A stretch of DNA of 64,000 nt. Source: a virus. Below, one piece after another: positions 55,312 through 64,000 of the stretch (the stretch's first letter is position 1; every line of letters begins with the position of its first letter). The DNA lies in the IMG/VR virus record IMGVR_UViG_3300021961_000023; one strand, 5' to 3'. The notes beneath the pieces were generated by a model. It worked only from the letters and a program-made list of their open reading frames with translations, made no database searches and had not been told where the DNA came from. Made by a program: the position numbers and the translations under genes.

Positions 55312-55802
55312 AAGAGTTTGATTATGAACTTGATTACAAGGTTTTGAATTTTACAGAACCCAACAATCGAAGAAAGTATCGTATTGGCAGAGGGGAACAG
55401 GGTGTTCTTATTGTACGCCCTTATACAGACATTATTGGAAAGCATTGGCGATTTAAAAACGTAGACATTGCCAAGAAATCATCATGGAAGATTTATTCGA
55501 TATTTGAAGAATATTTGAATGCTGGTGACTTTATCGGTGCTGATATGTGCCGCAAGTTCCTTGAGATGGGATTCACGCGTGCTCGTCGCTATGCAAACCA
55601 CAAAACTGGTAGAAAATACGTTACTAATCCTCCTTATTATCACACTGGTGATCGTGGAGGTGTCGCAGTATTACCACAAGAACCTGATGCACTTATTAAT
55701 GAAAAAGCACAAGCAGCACGAGTATTCAAGCATGTAAGGGATATTGCTGCAAAACACCCAAAGTATGTTATAATGAGAAAAGAATGGAGGTCTCAAGAAT
55801 GA
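55308..55802 (+). CDS. DUF4385-like protein
   Basis: YRIGRGEQGVL.VRPY..HWRFK..DM.RKFLEMGFTRARRYANH. Confidence 0.82.
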   Translation: MKEFDYELDYKVLNFTEPNNRRKYRIGRGEQGVLIVRPYTDIIGKHWRFKNVDIAKKSSWKIYSIFEEYLNAGDFIGADMCRKFLEMGFTRARRYANHKTGRKYVTNPPYYHTGDRGGVAVLPQEPDALINEKAQAARVFKHVRDIAAKHPKYVIMRKEWRSQE

Positions 55803-55918
55803 CTACTGTACCTAAGAAACAGTTTACTAAAAAAGACGCAAAGGGTCATACTGAAGTTTGGGAATGGGAAGAAACTCCTGAACTCCGTAAGTTCATTGAA
55901 GTTTATGGTAAGAAATAA
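55799..55918 (+). CDS. Small hypothetical protein (39 aa)
   Basis: GGAGG RBS, ATGA overlap; EVWEWEETPEL. Confidence 0.6.
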   Translation: MTTVPKKQFTKKDAKGHTEVWEWEETPELRKFIEVYGKK

Positions 55919-55920
55919 TC

Positions 55921-56100
55921 ATGTACGAAGATTTAGATACCTTTGAGAAAGCACTTTCTCATTTTGGAACTCGTGTTGATGTTATTTGTGCAATGGAAAT
56001 GGGAGGAAGAATAGATGCAGAAACTGCTTACAAAAATATTAAACTTGAACTCAAGGAACTTAAACGAGTCCGTAAACAATATAAAAAGGAAGTGCAATAA
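55921..56100 (+). CDS. Hypothetical protein (59 aa)
   Basis: MYEDLDTFEKALSHFGTRVDVICAMEMGGRI..E.AY..IK. Confidence 0.7.
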   Translation: MYEDLDTFEKALSHFGTRVDVICAMEMGGRIDAETAYKNIKLELKELKRVRKQYKKEVQ

Positions 56101-56242
56101 ATGTGATGAAGAAAAACCATTAGACCTAAATCACTTTCAGTCAGTAAAGTATTTTAAGTCTGGTTTCTCATACTACTGTAACGAGTGCAATAAACCAAAA
56201 TCAAGAGAATAAATAGTCTTACTGCTTAGTGTAAGACTATAA

Positions 56243-57841
56243 ATGGCTCTGACAAAACTTTCGGGAAGTCAAATTGAATCTCCAGTAGAGATCTCTGCGG
56301 TTAATCTTACTGGAGTTACTACGGCACAGTCTTTACTTGTGGTTGGTTCTGGTTCAACTTCTAGAACACCAGATCAACCACTTCAGGTTATTGGCAGTGC
56401 TTACATTAGTTCTGCTAAAGTTGGTATTGGAACTACGCTGTTTAGTTCAAATCCTGCTGCAAGAGGAGCTTATATTTTTGGTGAGGGAAACAATACTGTT
56501 TTAAGAGTTCAATCTGGAGGTAGTGGAAATACTTCTGCAGAATTAGATTTAATATCAAATGGAACACAAAACGCCTTCATTGATTATGGTCCAAATAGTC
56601 TTGTTTATAGAACAACAAATACTGATGGTTCTGCTTTAGTTTCAAATGTTTTATTATTAGATAATAATGGCAGATTGGGTATCAACACAAGTGCAGTTCC
56701 TGGATCGTTTCCTGCAAAACTTAATATTTTTGCAGATGGAGTTATAAATCAACACACACTCCGTCTAGATACAAATACTAAAACTGCCAATAGTGCGTCT
56801 ATATTTTTTACAAATATTGCAGGAGCTGGAACATCAGATAATTTTTCTGCAGGATTTGTGATTGGTAATGGGTATAATGGGCCCGCCATTAATAATACTT
56901 ACCAGTTTCAGATTGCTAATGGTAATCCTTTTCCTAGAACTTTTGCATATGTAGATAGAAATAGTTTTGATGCATCTTTCTTTGCTCTATCATCAAACTT
57001 AAATGAGTCATTGTTTAAAGTTGGAATGGCAAATGATCAAAATCCTGCATTTGTTGTTGACTCAAGAAATAATAAAGTAGGCATTGCCACTAGTACACTT
57101 ACTGTACAGTTAAACGTTGGTGGTAATGCAAACATTACTGGATTTGCAACAGTATATGGGCATCTTACCTTAGATGGATTTTATAATCCAGGTGGTAGTT
57201 ATATTTCTTTAAGAGACGGATATAAACCGTATAATGGTGGTGGAGTTGGATTTGCTGCCACAGATTTTAATGGTGGAAATAATGACGGTCTTGGGATATA
57301 TGGACAAGATGGTATTGGTTTATATACATCTCAGATTCGTAGAATGGTTGTTAGAGATACTGCTAGTGGTGGAGTAGTAGGAATATCTTCAGCAATTGTT
57401 AATGATTCAGGTAGATATATATTAAAACAAAGTGATAGTATTATTCAAGTTAAGCACATAACTTATTATACTGGTACTTCTACAAACTCTACTTCTTATG
57501 TTGATGCAGGACCTTCAATAACAATAACACCACATTCAACGAGTAGTAAAATACTTGTGTTTGTTTCTCAGGCTATTTCTGCAATATCTGCTGGGACAAA
57601 TGTTTATGGATTCTTGAGATTACTAAGAGATGCAACTACTTTATGGGAATGGGAGAGAGTAGACATGTATCAACAATTTAATCATAATACTATAACATTT
57701 TCTTATTTGGATACTCCAGCATCAACATCATCATTGACTTATAAAACACAAATTGCAACTATTAACAGCGCATATTACATTGAAGCCCAACATGCAAGTA
57801 TAAATGAATCAACAATAACTTTAATGGAGATATCAGGATAA
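56243..57841 (+). CDS. Tail-fibre protein
   Basis: MALTKL start; GIGT motifs; C-terminal IIQV..SITITP.STSSKILV..ITLMEI. Confidence 0.8.
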   Translation: MALTKLSGSQIESPVEISAVNLTGVTTAQSLLVVGSGSTSRTPDQPLQVIGSAYISSAKVGIGTTLFSSNPAARGAYIFGEGNNTVLRVQSGGSGNTSAELDLISNGTQNAFIDYGPNSLVYRTTNTDGSALVSNVLLLDNNGRLGINTSAVPGSFPAKLNIFADGVINQHTLRLDTNTKTANSASIFFTNIAGAGTSDNFSAGFVIGNGYNGPAINNTYQFQIANGNPFPRTFAYVDRNSFDASFFALSSNLNESLFKVGMANDQNPAFVVDSRNNKVGIATSTLTVQLNVGGNANITGFATVYGHLTLDGFYNPGGSYISLRDGYKPYNGGGVGFAATDFNGGNNDGLGIYGQDGIGLYTSQIRRMVVRDTASGGVVGISSAIVNDSGRYILKQSDSIIQVKHITYYTGTSTNSTSYVDAGPSITITPHSTSSKILVFVSQAISAISAGTNVYGFLRLLRDATTLWEWERVDMYQQFNHNTITFSYLDTPASTSSLTYKTQIATINSAYYIEAQHASINESTITLMEISG

Positions 57842-58183
57842 ATGAGAAAACCAACTACGATAGATGCAGTCATCGCATTAGTGCCAGATGCACAAGTTGT
57901 TGTGTCTGGAGAAACTTCTGAAACTCTAGGTGAAATAAAATGGATTAACTATGAAACTCCTCCAGTAACAAATGATGAAATTGAAGAAGAGTATGAAAAA
58001 CTTATTATAGAGTATGAAAATAAAGAATATCAAAGAAAACGAGCTAATGAGTATCCAGAACTAAAAGATCAGTTTGATCAACTATATCATGATATGAAAA
58101 ATGGACTTTTGGGCACATCAGCAACTACAGGTTCTTGGTATGTTGGAATTACCAGCGTAAAATCACAATATCCAAAAACTTAA
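57842..58183 (+). CDS. Putative tail-fibre assembly chaperone
   Basis: YQRKRANEYP...QFDQLYHD...W...I..VK..YPK. Confidence 0.72.
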   Translation: MRKPTTIDAVIALVPDAQVVVSGETSETLGEIKWINYETPPVTNDEIEEEYEKLIIEYENKEYQRKRANEYPELKDQFDQLYHDMKNGLLGTSATTGSWYVGITSVKSQYPKT

Positions 58184-58221
58184 TACTGTTATAAATAACT
58201 AGAAACAAAGACACAGGAAAA

Positions 58222-59598
58222 ATGGCGGATCGTTATCCTTTAGTTGTAGCATCTAGTGTGGTCCAAGAGATCGCAGCAGGTGATAATTTAAGTTTGGTTG
58301 GTACTGGTATCACTGGTGCAACTACAGTTGGTGTAGGAACAATTGTATTTTCTGGTGGAACTACAATCACTGGAACAGCAACTACAATAGTTACTCAGAG
58401 AGATATTGATGTTAATGGTATTTTGATTGGAAATGGTCCAAATGGTACTGTAGGATTCTCCACTCTTGGAGCTGCAGACGTTGCAATGAATATTCGTCTT
58501 GCAACTGGAGATACTTATTCAAATTTTGTTGGCATCACAACAACTACCGCTGGTGTTCCCTCGGTAGCAATCGGTCATAATGTTCTTAGAAACTTTACTG
58601 GATTAGCCATTACAGGATATCCAGCAAGTTATGGTGAAGTTACATATCCAGTATATGGTCCTCCTTCTGGAGTATCTACTGCTGTTTTCGGGCCCATGTT
58701 TGGAAACACTGTTATTGGATATGAAGCAGGATATAACCTAACTGTAGGTGCTGGTAATATTGTATTAGGAAGGGTTGCTCTTTACACTTCAAGAAGAGGA
58801 GTTGACAACGTAGCAATCGGTGATGCTTGTATGGTTGCTGCTGGATCAACAACTGGTAGTCCTGGAGGAACTCAAGAACACAGTCAGTTTGCTGGCAACT
58901 GTGCAGTTGGTTCTGCAGCAATGTATAGAACAAGAACTAGCGAAAACTGTGCATTTGGAAGATCCGCACTTCTCTTAAATCAAGATGGATATGCTTTATC
59001 TGCTTTTGGCGCATATGCATTAAGTCAAAGTACAGGTACAAGAAACACTGCTGTAGGTCATTATGCACTGTACACAAATACATCTGGAAATGATAACGTT
59101 GCTATTGGTGTTTCTGCTGGATATGTTTCTGTTGGTGGAACAAGTTCATTGGGTAACTCCACTGGATCAAATAATATTTTTGTTGGAACAAACTGTGTTG
59201 GACCAACAGCAACCACCAGCAATACTATAAACTTAGGTAACCATAATCATACATCTTTAAGATGTAATGTTCAAACAATCACTGGACTTTCTGATGGTAG
59301 AGATAAAACTGATGTTGAACAACTTACTCTTGGATTAGATTTTGTTAACTCATTGTCTCCTGTTAGATTTACTTGGGATAGAAGAGATGAATCTATTTTA
59401 AATGGTACTCAAGATGCTGGATTTATTGCTCAAGATCTCCAAACAGTTGTTGCTGATAACTCAGCAGAATGGTTAGGTTTAGTATCAGATGAAAATCCAG
59501 ATAAGTTAGAAGCTTCTTATGGCAAACTGATTCCAGTTCTTGTTAAAGCAATCCAAGAACTCAAAGCAGAAGTTGATGCTCTAAAAGCAGCAAAGTGA
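58222..59598 (+). CDS. Tail-fibre protein (MADRYPLVV) with beta-roll repeats and S74 chaperone
   Basis: N.A.G..AL repeats; SDGRDK...GFIAQD...LVKAIQEL. Confidence 0.85.
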   Translation: MADRYPLVVASSVVQEIAAGDNLSLVGTGITGATTVGVGTIVFSGGTTITGTATTIVTQRDIDVNGILIGNGPNGTVGFSTLGAADVAMNIRLATGDTYSNFVGITTTTAGVPSVAIGHNVLRNFTGLAITGYPASYGEVTYPVYGPPSGVSTAVFGPMFGNTVIGYEAGYNLTVGAGNIVLGRVALYTSRRGVDNVAIGDACMVAAGSTTGSPGGTQEHSQFAGNCAVGSAAMYRTRTSENCAFGRSALLLNQDGYALSAFGAYALSQSTGTRNTAVGHYALYTNTSGNDNVAIGVSAGYVSVGGTSSLGNSTGSNNIFVGTNCVGPTATTSNTINLGNHNHTSLRCNVQTITGLSDGRDKTDVEQLTLGLDFVNSLSPVRFTWDRRDESILNGTQDAGFIAQDLQTVVADNSAEWLGLVSDENPDKLEASYGKLIPVLVKAIQELKAEVDALKAAK

Positions 59599-59614
59599 TT
59601 CAATCAGTATTCGG

Positions 59615-59643
59615 AAGACCCTCTACGTAGAGGGTCTTTTTTT
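59615..59643 (+). terminator. Intrinsic terminator
   Basis: Palindrome AAGACCCTCT-ACGT-AGAGGGTCTT followed by a T-run. Confidence 0.85.
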
Positions 59644-59684
59644 GTGCATAAATACCCTTGAATCCTGAATATAAGTATAGGAAA

Positions 59685-59900
59685 ATGACTGAACAACAAG
59701 CACATCTTCAACAAGTTCTTGAGCAACAACAACAACTCGTAAAAGAGTTTGATGAACTTCAACGTCAGATTACAGCAAAGAGAGAACTGTTTACCAAACT
59801 TCAAGGTATCGTTGAGTATCTTCAACAAACTGGTGTAACTCTTCCTGAAGCAGAAGAAGAGATTGCAACTCCAGAAGTTGAAGTACAGACTGCTGAGTGA
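59685..59900 (+). CDS. Small coiled-coil protein
   Basis: AGGA RBS; Q-rich heptads; KLQGIVEYL. Confidence 0.7.
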   Translation: MTEQQAHLQQVLEQQQQLVKEFDELQRQITAKRELFTKLQGIVEYLQQTGVTLPEAEEEIATPEVEVQTAE

Positions 59901-59932
59901 CCTAAATTATTAAATAAGATCCAGGTAGAATA

Positions 59933-61861
59933 ATGCCAATCACCAGAGCAACAAATCTTGCAGGATTAGGTACGGTTTTTGATGCCCTCACTGAGGGTGG
60001 AGGTTTGTCGGTCTCTGGTGTTTCTACCTTTACAGATTTAAACTCCACTAGAATAAATGTAACGGGTGTTTCTACATTTACAACAGAGGTTGATTTTACA
60101 AATGGTCCAGTATTAATTGGCACTGGAACTTCAACGGGAACTGTATCACAACGACTTCAAGTTACTGGTGGTGCTTATATAAGCGAAAATATTGGCATAG
60201 GAACTACAAAACCTGTAGAAAAGTTACATATTTCAAATAATTCTGCTACTGGACCATCAATCTATATTACAAACAACTCTACAGGTCATACTTCATCTGA
60301 TGGGGTTCAGATTGGATTTGATGCATCAAATGATGTTGAAATACGTAATAGAGAAAACACCAGATTAAGATTTTATACTAGTAATATAGAAAGACTACAG
60401 ATACTTTCCAATGGACAGGTTGGTATAGGTACATCATCAACTCTTAGAGGATCTCTTGATATTACAGAAAGTTCTCAATGGTCATCAGCTAACTATGGAG
60501 CAAGTTTAGTTATAGGTGGTGGTAGAAATAATGCTATTGGATTACTTGATTCTACAAGTGCTTTTCCTTGGGCAATAGCAAATACAGGAGGAAGTCTTTC
60601 ATTTTCAACAATGCCTCTTCTTGGCATTACTACACTTCCTCCGAATGTAAGAATGCAAATAGATTCTAATGGTAATGTATTAATCGGAGGCGGGGGTGGA
60701 GTACTTGCTAATGGAACTGCATCACAACCACTTCAAGTTACTGGTGGTGCTTATATTTCTGGATCTGTTGGTATAGGAATCACAAATCCAGTTGGATTGG
60801 CAATAGGTTCAACACAAACTTTACATTTGAATGGTGTTGATGCAGTTTTAAGAGTTGGTCCATATTATTCTACTGGTGGTGATAGAGATAATATTTTATT
60901 AGTTGCAGATGATACTGATACTTATATTCGTTCCAATAATGAAAGATTTCATATCTATAATAGTAATGGTGATGTTGTAGTACACGCTGGAGCAGGAGAT
61001 ACTGAAAGGGCTAGGATATACTCAAATGGTTATCTAGAGTTAAAAACAATAAATCCTCAACTTAACTCAGATTTTTATGCTATTAATGTTTTGTCTGCAT
61101 TAACATTAACTTCAGATCTGTCAACTAATAATGGTGCCGATGCAAGACCTCAAATATCATTTAGAGCTCCTTATGCTGCTAATAATGCAGATAGAGTAAC
61201 TTATGCTGCTGTATGTGGATTTAAACAAGATACTGGTCAAGGCGGCCGCCTTGGGGTTTTACAATTTCTAACAAACGATGCGAGTAACACTACACCAACA
61301 GAATTGAAAGAACGGGCCAGATTTAATGGTGCGGGAGAACTACTAATAGGATATACATCTGATAATGGTGCATATTTGCTGCAAGTTAATAGTCAAATAT
61401 TTGCTACAAGTTCAACTATTGCAACTTCTGATGGAAGATACAAAGAAAATGTTTCTGATTTAGAAAACTGTACAGAAATAATAAAAAAACTAAGACCAGT
61501 AAGTTTTACATGGAAAGAACAAACTAACGTAGTTGGGTATAATACAGATGGATCTTTTGTTGAAAGAGAAGGGCATAACTTTCCTAAAGGATACCAAGTT
61601 GGATTCATCGCTCAGGAAGTTCAGGAAACTTTATCTGGAAAATCTTGGGTTGGTAGCATTGTGAAGGAAAATGTTAGAAAACCTATACTTAATGCATATG
61701 ATGAAGAAATCATTCCTGAAGAAAAATTTTATGGAATTGCGGAGGGTAATATGATTGCAGTATTAACATCAGCACTAAAAGAATCTATTTCAGAAATAGA
61801 AATTCTTAAAAATAAAGTATCAAATCTTGAATCACAGATTGTAGGTATTGCAAGTACATAA
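59933..61861 (+). CDS. Tail-fibre protein with S74 chaperone
   Basis: GIGT repeats; TSDGRYK...LRPVSF.W...GFIAQEV. Confidence 0.85.
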   Translation: MPITRATNLAGLGTVFDALTEGGGLSVSGVSTFTDLNSTRINVTGVSTFTTEVDFTNGPVLIGTGTSTGTVSQRLQVTGGAYISENIGIGTTKPVEKLHISNNSATGPSIYITNNSTGHTSSDGVQIGFDASNDVEIRNRENTRLRFYTSNIERLQILSNGQVGIGTSSTLRGSLDITESSQWSSANYGASLVIGGGRNNAIGLLDSTSAFPWAIANTGGSLSFSTMPLLGITTLPPNVRMQIDSNGNVLIGGGGGVLANGTASQPLQVTGGAYISGSVGIGITNPVGLAIGSTQTLHLNGVDAVLRVGPYYSTGGDRDNILLVADDTDTYIRSNNERFHIYNSNGDVVVHAGAGDTERARIYSNGYLELKTINPQLNSDFYAINVLSALTLTSDLSTNNGADARPQISFRAPYAANNADRVTYAAVCGFKQDTGQGGRLGVLQFLTNDASNTTPTELKERARFNGAGELLIGYTSDNGAYLLQVNSQIFATSSTIATSDGRYKENVSDLENCTEIIKKLRPVSFTWKEQTNVVGYNTDGSFVEREGHNFPKGYQVGFIAQEVQETLSGKSWVGSIVKENVRKPILNAYDEEIIPEEKFYGIAEGNMIAVLTSALKESISEIEILKNKVSNLESQIVGIAST

Positions 61862-61903
61862 TAAATAACTTATAAATAACTAAAAACAAAGACACAGGAA
61901 AAA

Positions 61904-63172
61904 ATGGCTGATCGTTATCCTCTAGTTGTTGATTCTTCTAACTATAGAATCGAAGAAGTCCCTTCTGGGGATAATATTAATCTTAATGGAAACAGTATCG
62001 TCAACGCTGTTAATGTTTCTACAGCAGGTGTTGCTGCAACAAGTGTCACCGTTAGTGGCACAGTTGTAACTCAAGGTTTGAGAGTAACTGGCATCTTGAC
62101 TGCAGATCAAAACATTAGTGTTGAGGGTCTTGCAATAGGAATAGGTACTTTTAGTGGTATTGGTGTTGGGGTTAGAACCACTGGTGATCCTGGTGGAGAA
62201 GTTATTATTCCAATGCAACAACTTCGTAAAAATGTAACCATTGGATCAACAATGGGTGCCAATATTTCTGGATATGCAAATATTGCCATTGGTGAAAACG
62301 CTCTTGGGGAATGTATTAATGCCCGTCAAAATATTGCAATCGGTGTTGATGCTCTAAGAAGAGTTGGATCTTATACCACTATTCCAGCAGTAGGATATGG
62401 ATTTACTCCATATAGCAATACTTTTGATTACAAAATGCAGTTTGGTAATATTGCCATTGGACAATCTTCTGGAAGAGAACTCCAAAGTGGATATATGAAT
62501 GTCCTGATTGGTAATAACAATATGATGAAATGTGTAAATGGCACTCTCAATATATGCTTAGGTGATTTCAATCTAACTGAACTTGTTACTGGATCTGAAA
62601 ATATTGCTATTGGACATGCTGCACTTGCATATGGATTAGTATCAGGGAGACAAAACATTGCTATTGGAGTTAATGCGGCTAACACATTAGGGTTTAATAC
62701 CTGCACTCATATTGGACATCAGTATAATGCAATCACTGGAGATCTCCAGGTACAACTGAATAGTCCTCAGCAAACAGTTTATACTTATAATGCTGTTCAA
62801 ACACGCTCTGATGAGAGAGATAAAGCAGATATTCGTGACACAGTTCTTGGACTTGACTTTATTAATCAACTGAGACCAGTTGATTGGAAATGGGATTATA
62901 GAGATTTTTACAATGAAGTTACTAATACAGGTGAAGTTATTAATCATCCAAAGGATGGATCTAAAAAGCGTAATAGATATCATCATGGATTAATCGCACA
63001 GGAAGTTAAAGCAGTTATTGATCAAATGGGAGTTGATTTTGGTGGTTATCAAGATCATACTGTAAATGGTGGATATGAGACCATGACTATTGGTTATGAA
63101 GAGTTGATTGCTCCAATGATCAAAGCTATTCAAGAACTCACAGCAAGAGTAGAATCTCTTGAAAATGCTTGA
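61904..63172 (+). CDS. Tail-fibre protein (MADRYPLVV) with beta-roll repeats and S74 chaperone
   Basis: NIAIG repeats; RSDERDK...GLIAQEV...IKAIQEL. Confidence 0.85.
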   Translation: MADRYPLVVDSSNYRIEEVPSGDNINLNGNSIVNAVNVSTAGVAATSVTVSGTVVTQGLRVTGILTADQNISVEGLAIGIGTFSGIGVGVRTTGDPGGEVIIPMQQLRKNVTIGSTMGANISGYANIAIGENALGECINARQNIAIGVDALRRVGSYTTIPAVGYGFTPYSNTFDYKMQFGNIAIGQSSGRELQSGYMNVLIGNNNMMKCVNGTLNICLGDFNLTELVTGSENIAIGHAALAYGLVSGRQNIAIGVNAANTLGFNTCTHIGHQYNAITGDLQVQLNSPQQTVYTYNAVQTRSDERDKADIRDTVLGLDFINQLRPVDWKWDYRDFYNEVTNTGEVINHPKDGSKKRNRYHHGLIAQEVKAVIDQMGVDFGGYQDHTVNGGYETMTIGYEELIAPMIKAIQELTARVESLENA

Positions 63173-63212
63173 TTAATGATGTATGATTATATCATTGATA
63201 ATTTCTAACTAG

Positions 63213-63860
63213 ATGAAAAAAGTTATTATTGGAACACCTGCTCTCTATGGGCAGGTTTCTGCTTATTATACCCATGCTTTAGCCGAATCTACAAAAATAT
63301 GTACTTTAAGTGGAGTTGATTTAACTGCTCTTTTTCTATCAAATGAATCTATCTTGCCGTTAGCAAGAAATGAACTTTTAAATATAGCGTACAAAAGTTC
63401 ATGTGATGAGTTTATTTTCATTGATGCAGATATTTCTTGGAATCCTCAACACATAATGGAAATAATAAACTCAAAATATGATGTTGTAGGTATTCCTTAT
63501 CCTAAAAAAACTGATAAATCTTCTGAATATGATATAGTCGTTACTTCAGGACAATCTTTGGGTGATTATATTGAAGTTGATTTAATCGGAACTGGTTTTT
63601 TAAAACTTAGCAAAAAAGTTCTACATGATCTTTGGAATGAAAGTGAAGAAGTAGTTTTCAGAGAAAAATCTATCAAAGAAATATGCAAGTATGGTAAAAA
63701 AGGTAATAAGTTCATTGGTGAGGATTATAATCTTTGTGAGACTATACAGGGATTAGGTTATAAAATATATGCATATACTAAACACACTTGCAACCATATC
63801 GGAAGTAAGGTTTATACTGCTGATTTTTATTCAGATTTAGTAAAATCTTTGTATGGATAA
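63213..63860 (+). CDS. GT-A-fold glycosyltransferase
   Basis: IGTP, ARN, FIFIDADI (DxD), GTGF, GED..LC, HIG. Confidence 0.8.
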   Translation: MKKVIIGTPALYGQVSAYYTHALAESTKICTLSGVDLTALFLSNESILPLARNELLNIAYKSSCDEFIFIDADISWNPQHIMEIINSKYDVVGIPYPKKTDKSSEYDIVVTSGQSLGDYIEVDLIGTGFLKLSKKVLHDLWNESEEVVFREKSIKEICKYGKKGNKFIGEDYNLCETIQGLGYKIYAYTKHTCNHIGSKVYTADFYSDLVKSLYG

Positions 63861-63862
63861 AT

Positions 63863-63921
63863 GTGCCACTTTAAAAACTGACACAAGGGGGGTTGCGACC
63901 CCTCTTTTTTTATGCCATACT
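63863..63921 (+). promoter_or_regulatory. Box copy 5 plus promoter, overlapping a terminator hairpin (63885-63911)
   Basis: GTGCCA-N10-TGACAC; TTGCGA-17-CATACT; aagggggg...cccctctttttt hairpin. Confidence 0.7.
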
Positions 63922-63945
63922 ACTAAGGTAATCGAGAGATCCCCC

Positions 63946-64000
63946 ATGGGAACCGCTTTTGCTGACTTCTGTGCTGAGCAAGATGCCCGCAACACTATTC
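63946..64000 (+). CDS. 5' end of a hypothetical gene (truncated by window)
   Basis: ATG after the promoter; frame open to the window end. Confidence 0.5.
   Translation, partial: MGTAFADFCAEQDARNTI

Noticed and set aside
35743-63172. Diversity-generating retroelement or invertible shufflon acting on the fibres
   Set aside because: No reverse transcriptase or recombinase, no adenine-specific TR/VR pair noticed, and all cassettes are co-oriented.

Overview
A 64-kb segment of a T4-like cyanophage (cyanomyovirus) genome, almost all on the + strand. From left to right: (1) the 3' end of psbD and a host-takeover/replication block (HNH nuclease, glutaredoxin, speD, thyX, phoH, exonuclease, gp33, gp59, gp32); (2) a baseplate/tail block (gp53, gp48, gp2-like, gp4, gp54-like, gp26/gp51, two large tape-measure-like paralogs, hub, CP12, gp5); (3) a four-tRNA cluster with a free-standing PD-(D/E)XK nuclease; (4) a large tail-fibre region with a subtilisin and a glycosyltransferase, interrupted by an early-type island (SF2 helicase, RlpA and small ORFs). 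Main observations: (a) two tandem glutamine-riboswitch-like motifs upstream of a DUF4278 gene, each carrying a whole paralogous C-x35-C ORF in its P2 loop with the start codon overlapping the stem; (b) a likely -1 frameshift fusing gp26 to gp51, arranged like lambda G/GT; (c) a palindromic GTGCCA-N10-TGGCAC box 30-31 nt upstream of five -10 elements; (d) fibre cassettes sharing a ~60-nt promoter/RBS/N-terminus, plus a deletion scar. All calls come from reading the sequence by eye; no database searches were run.
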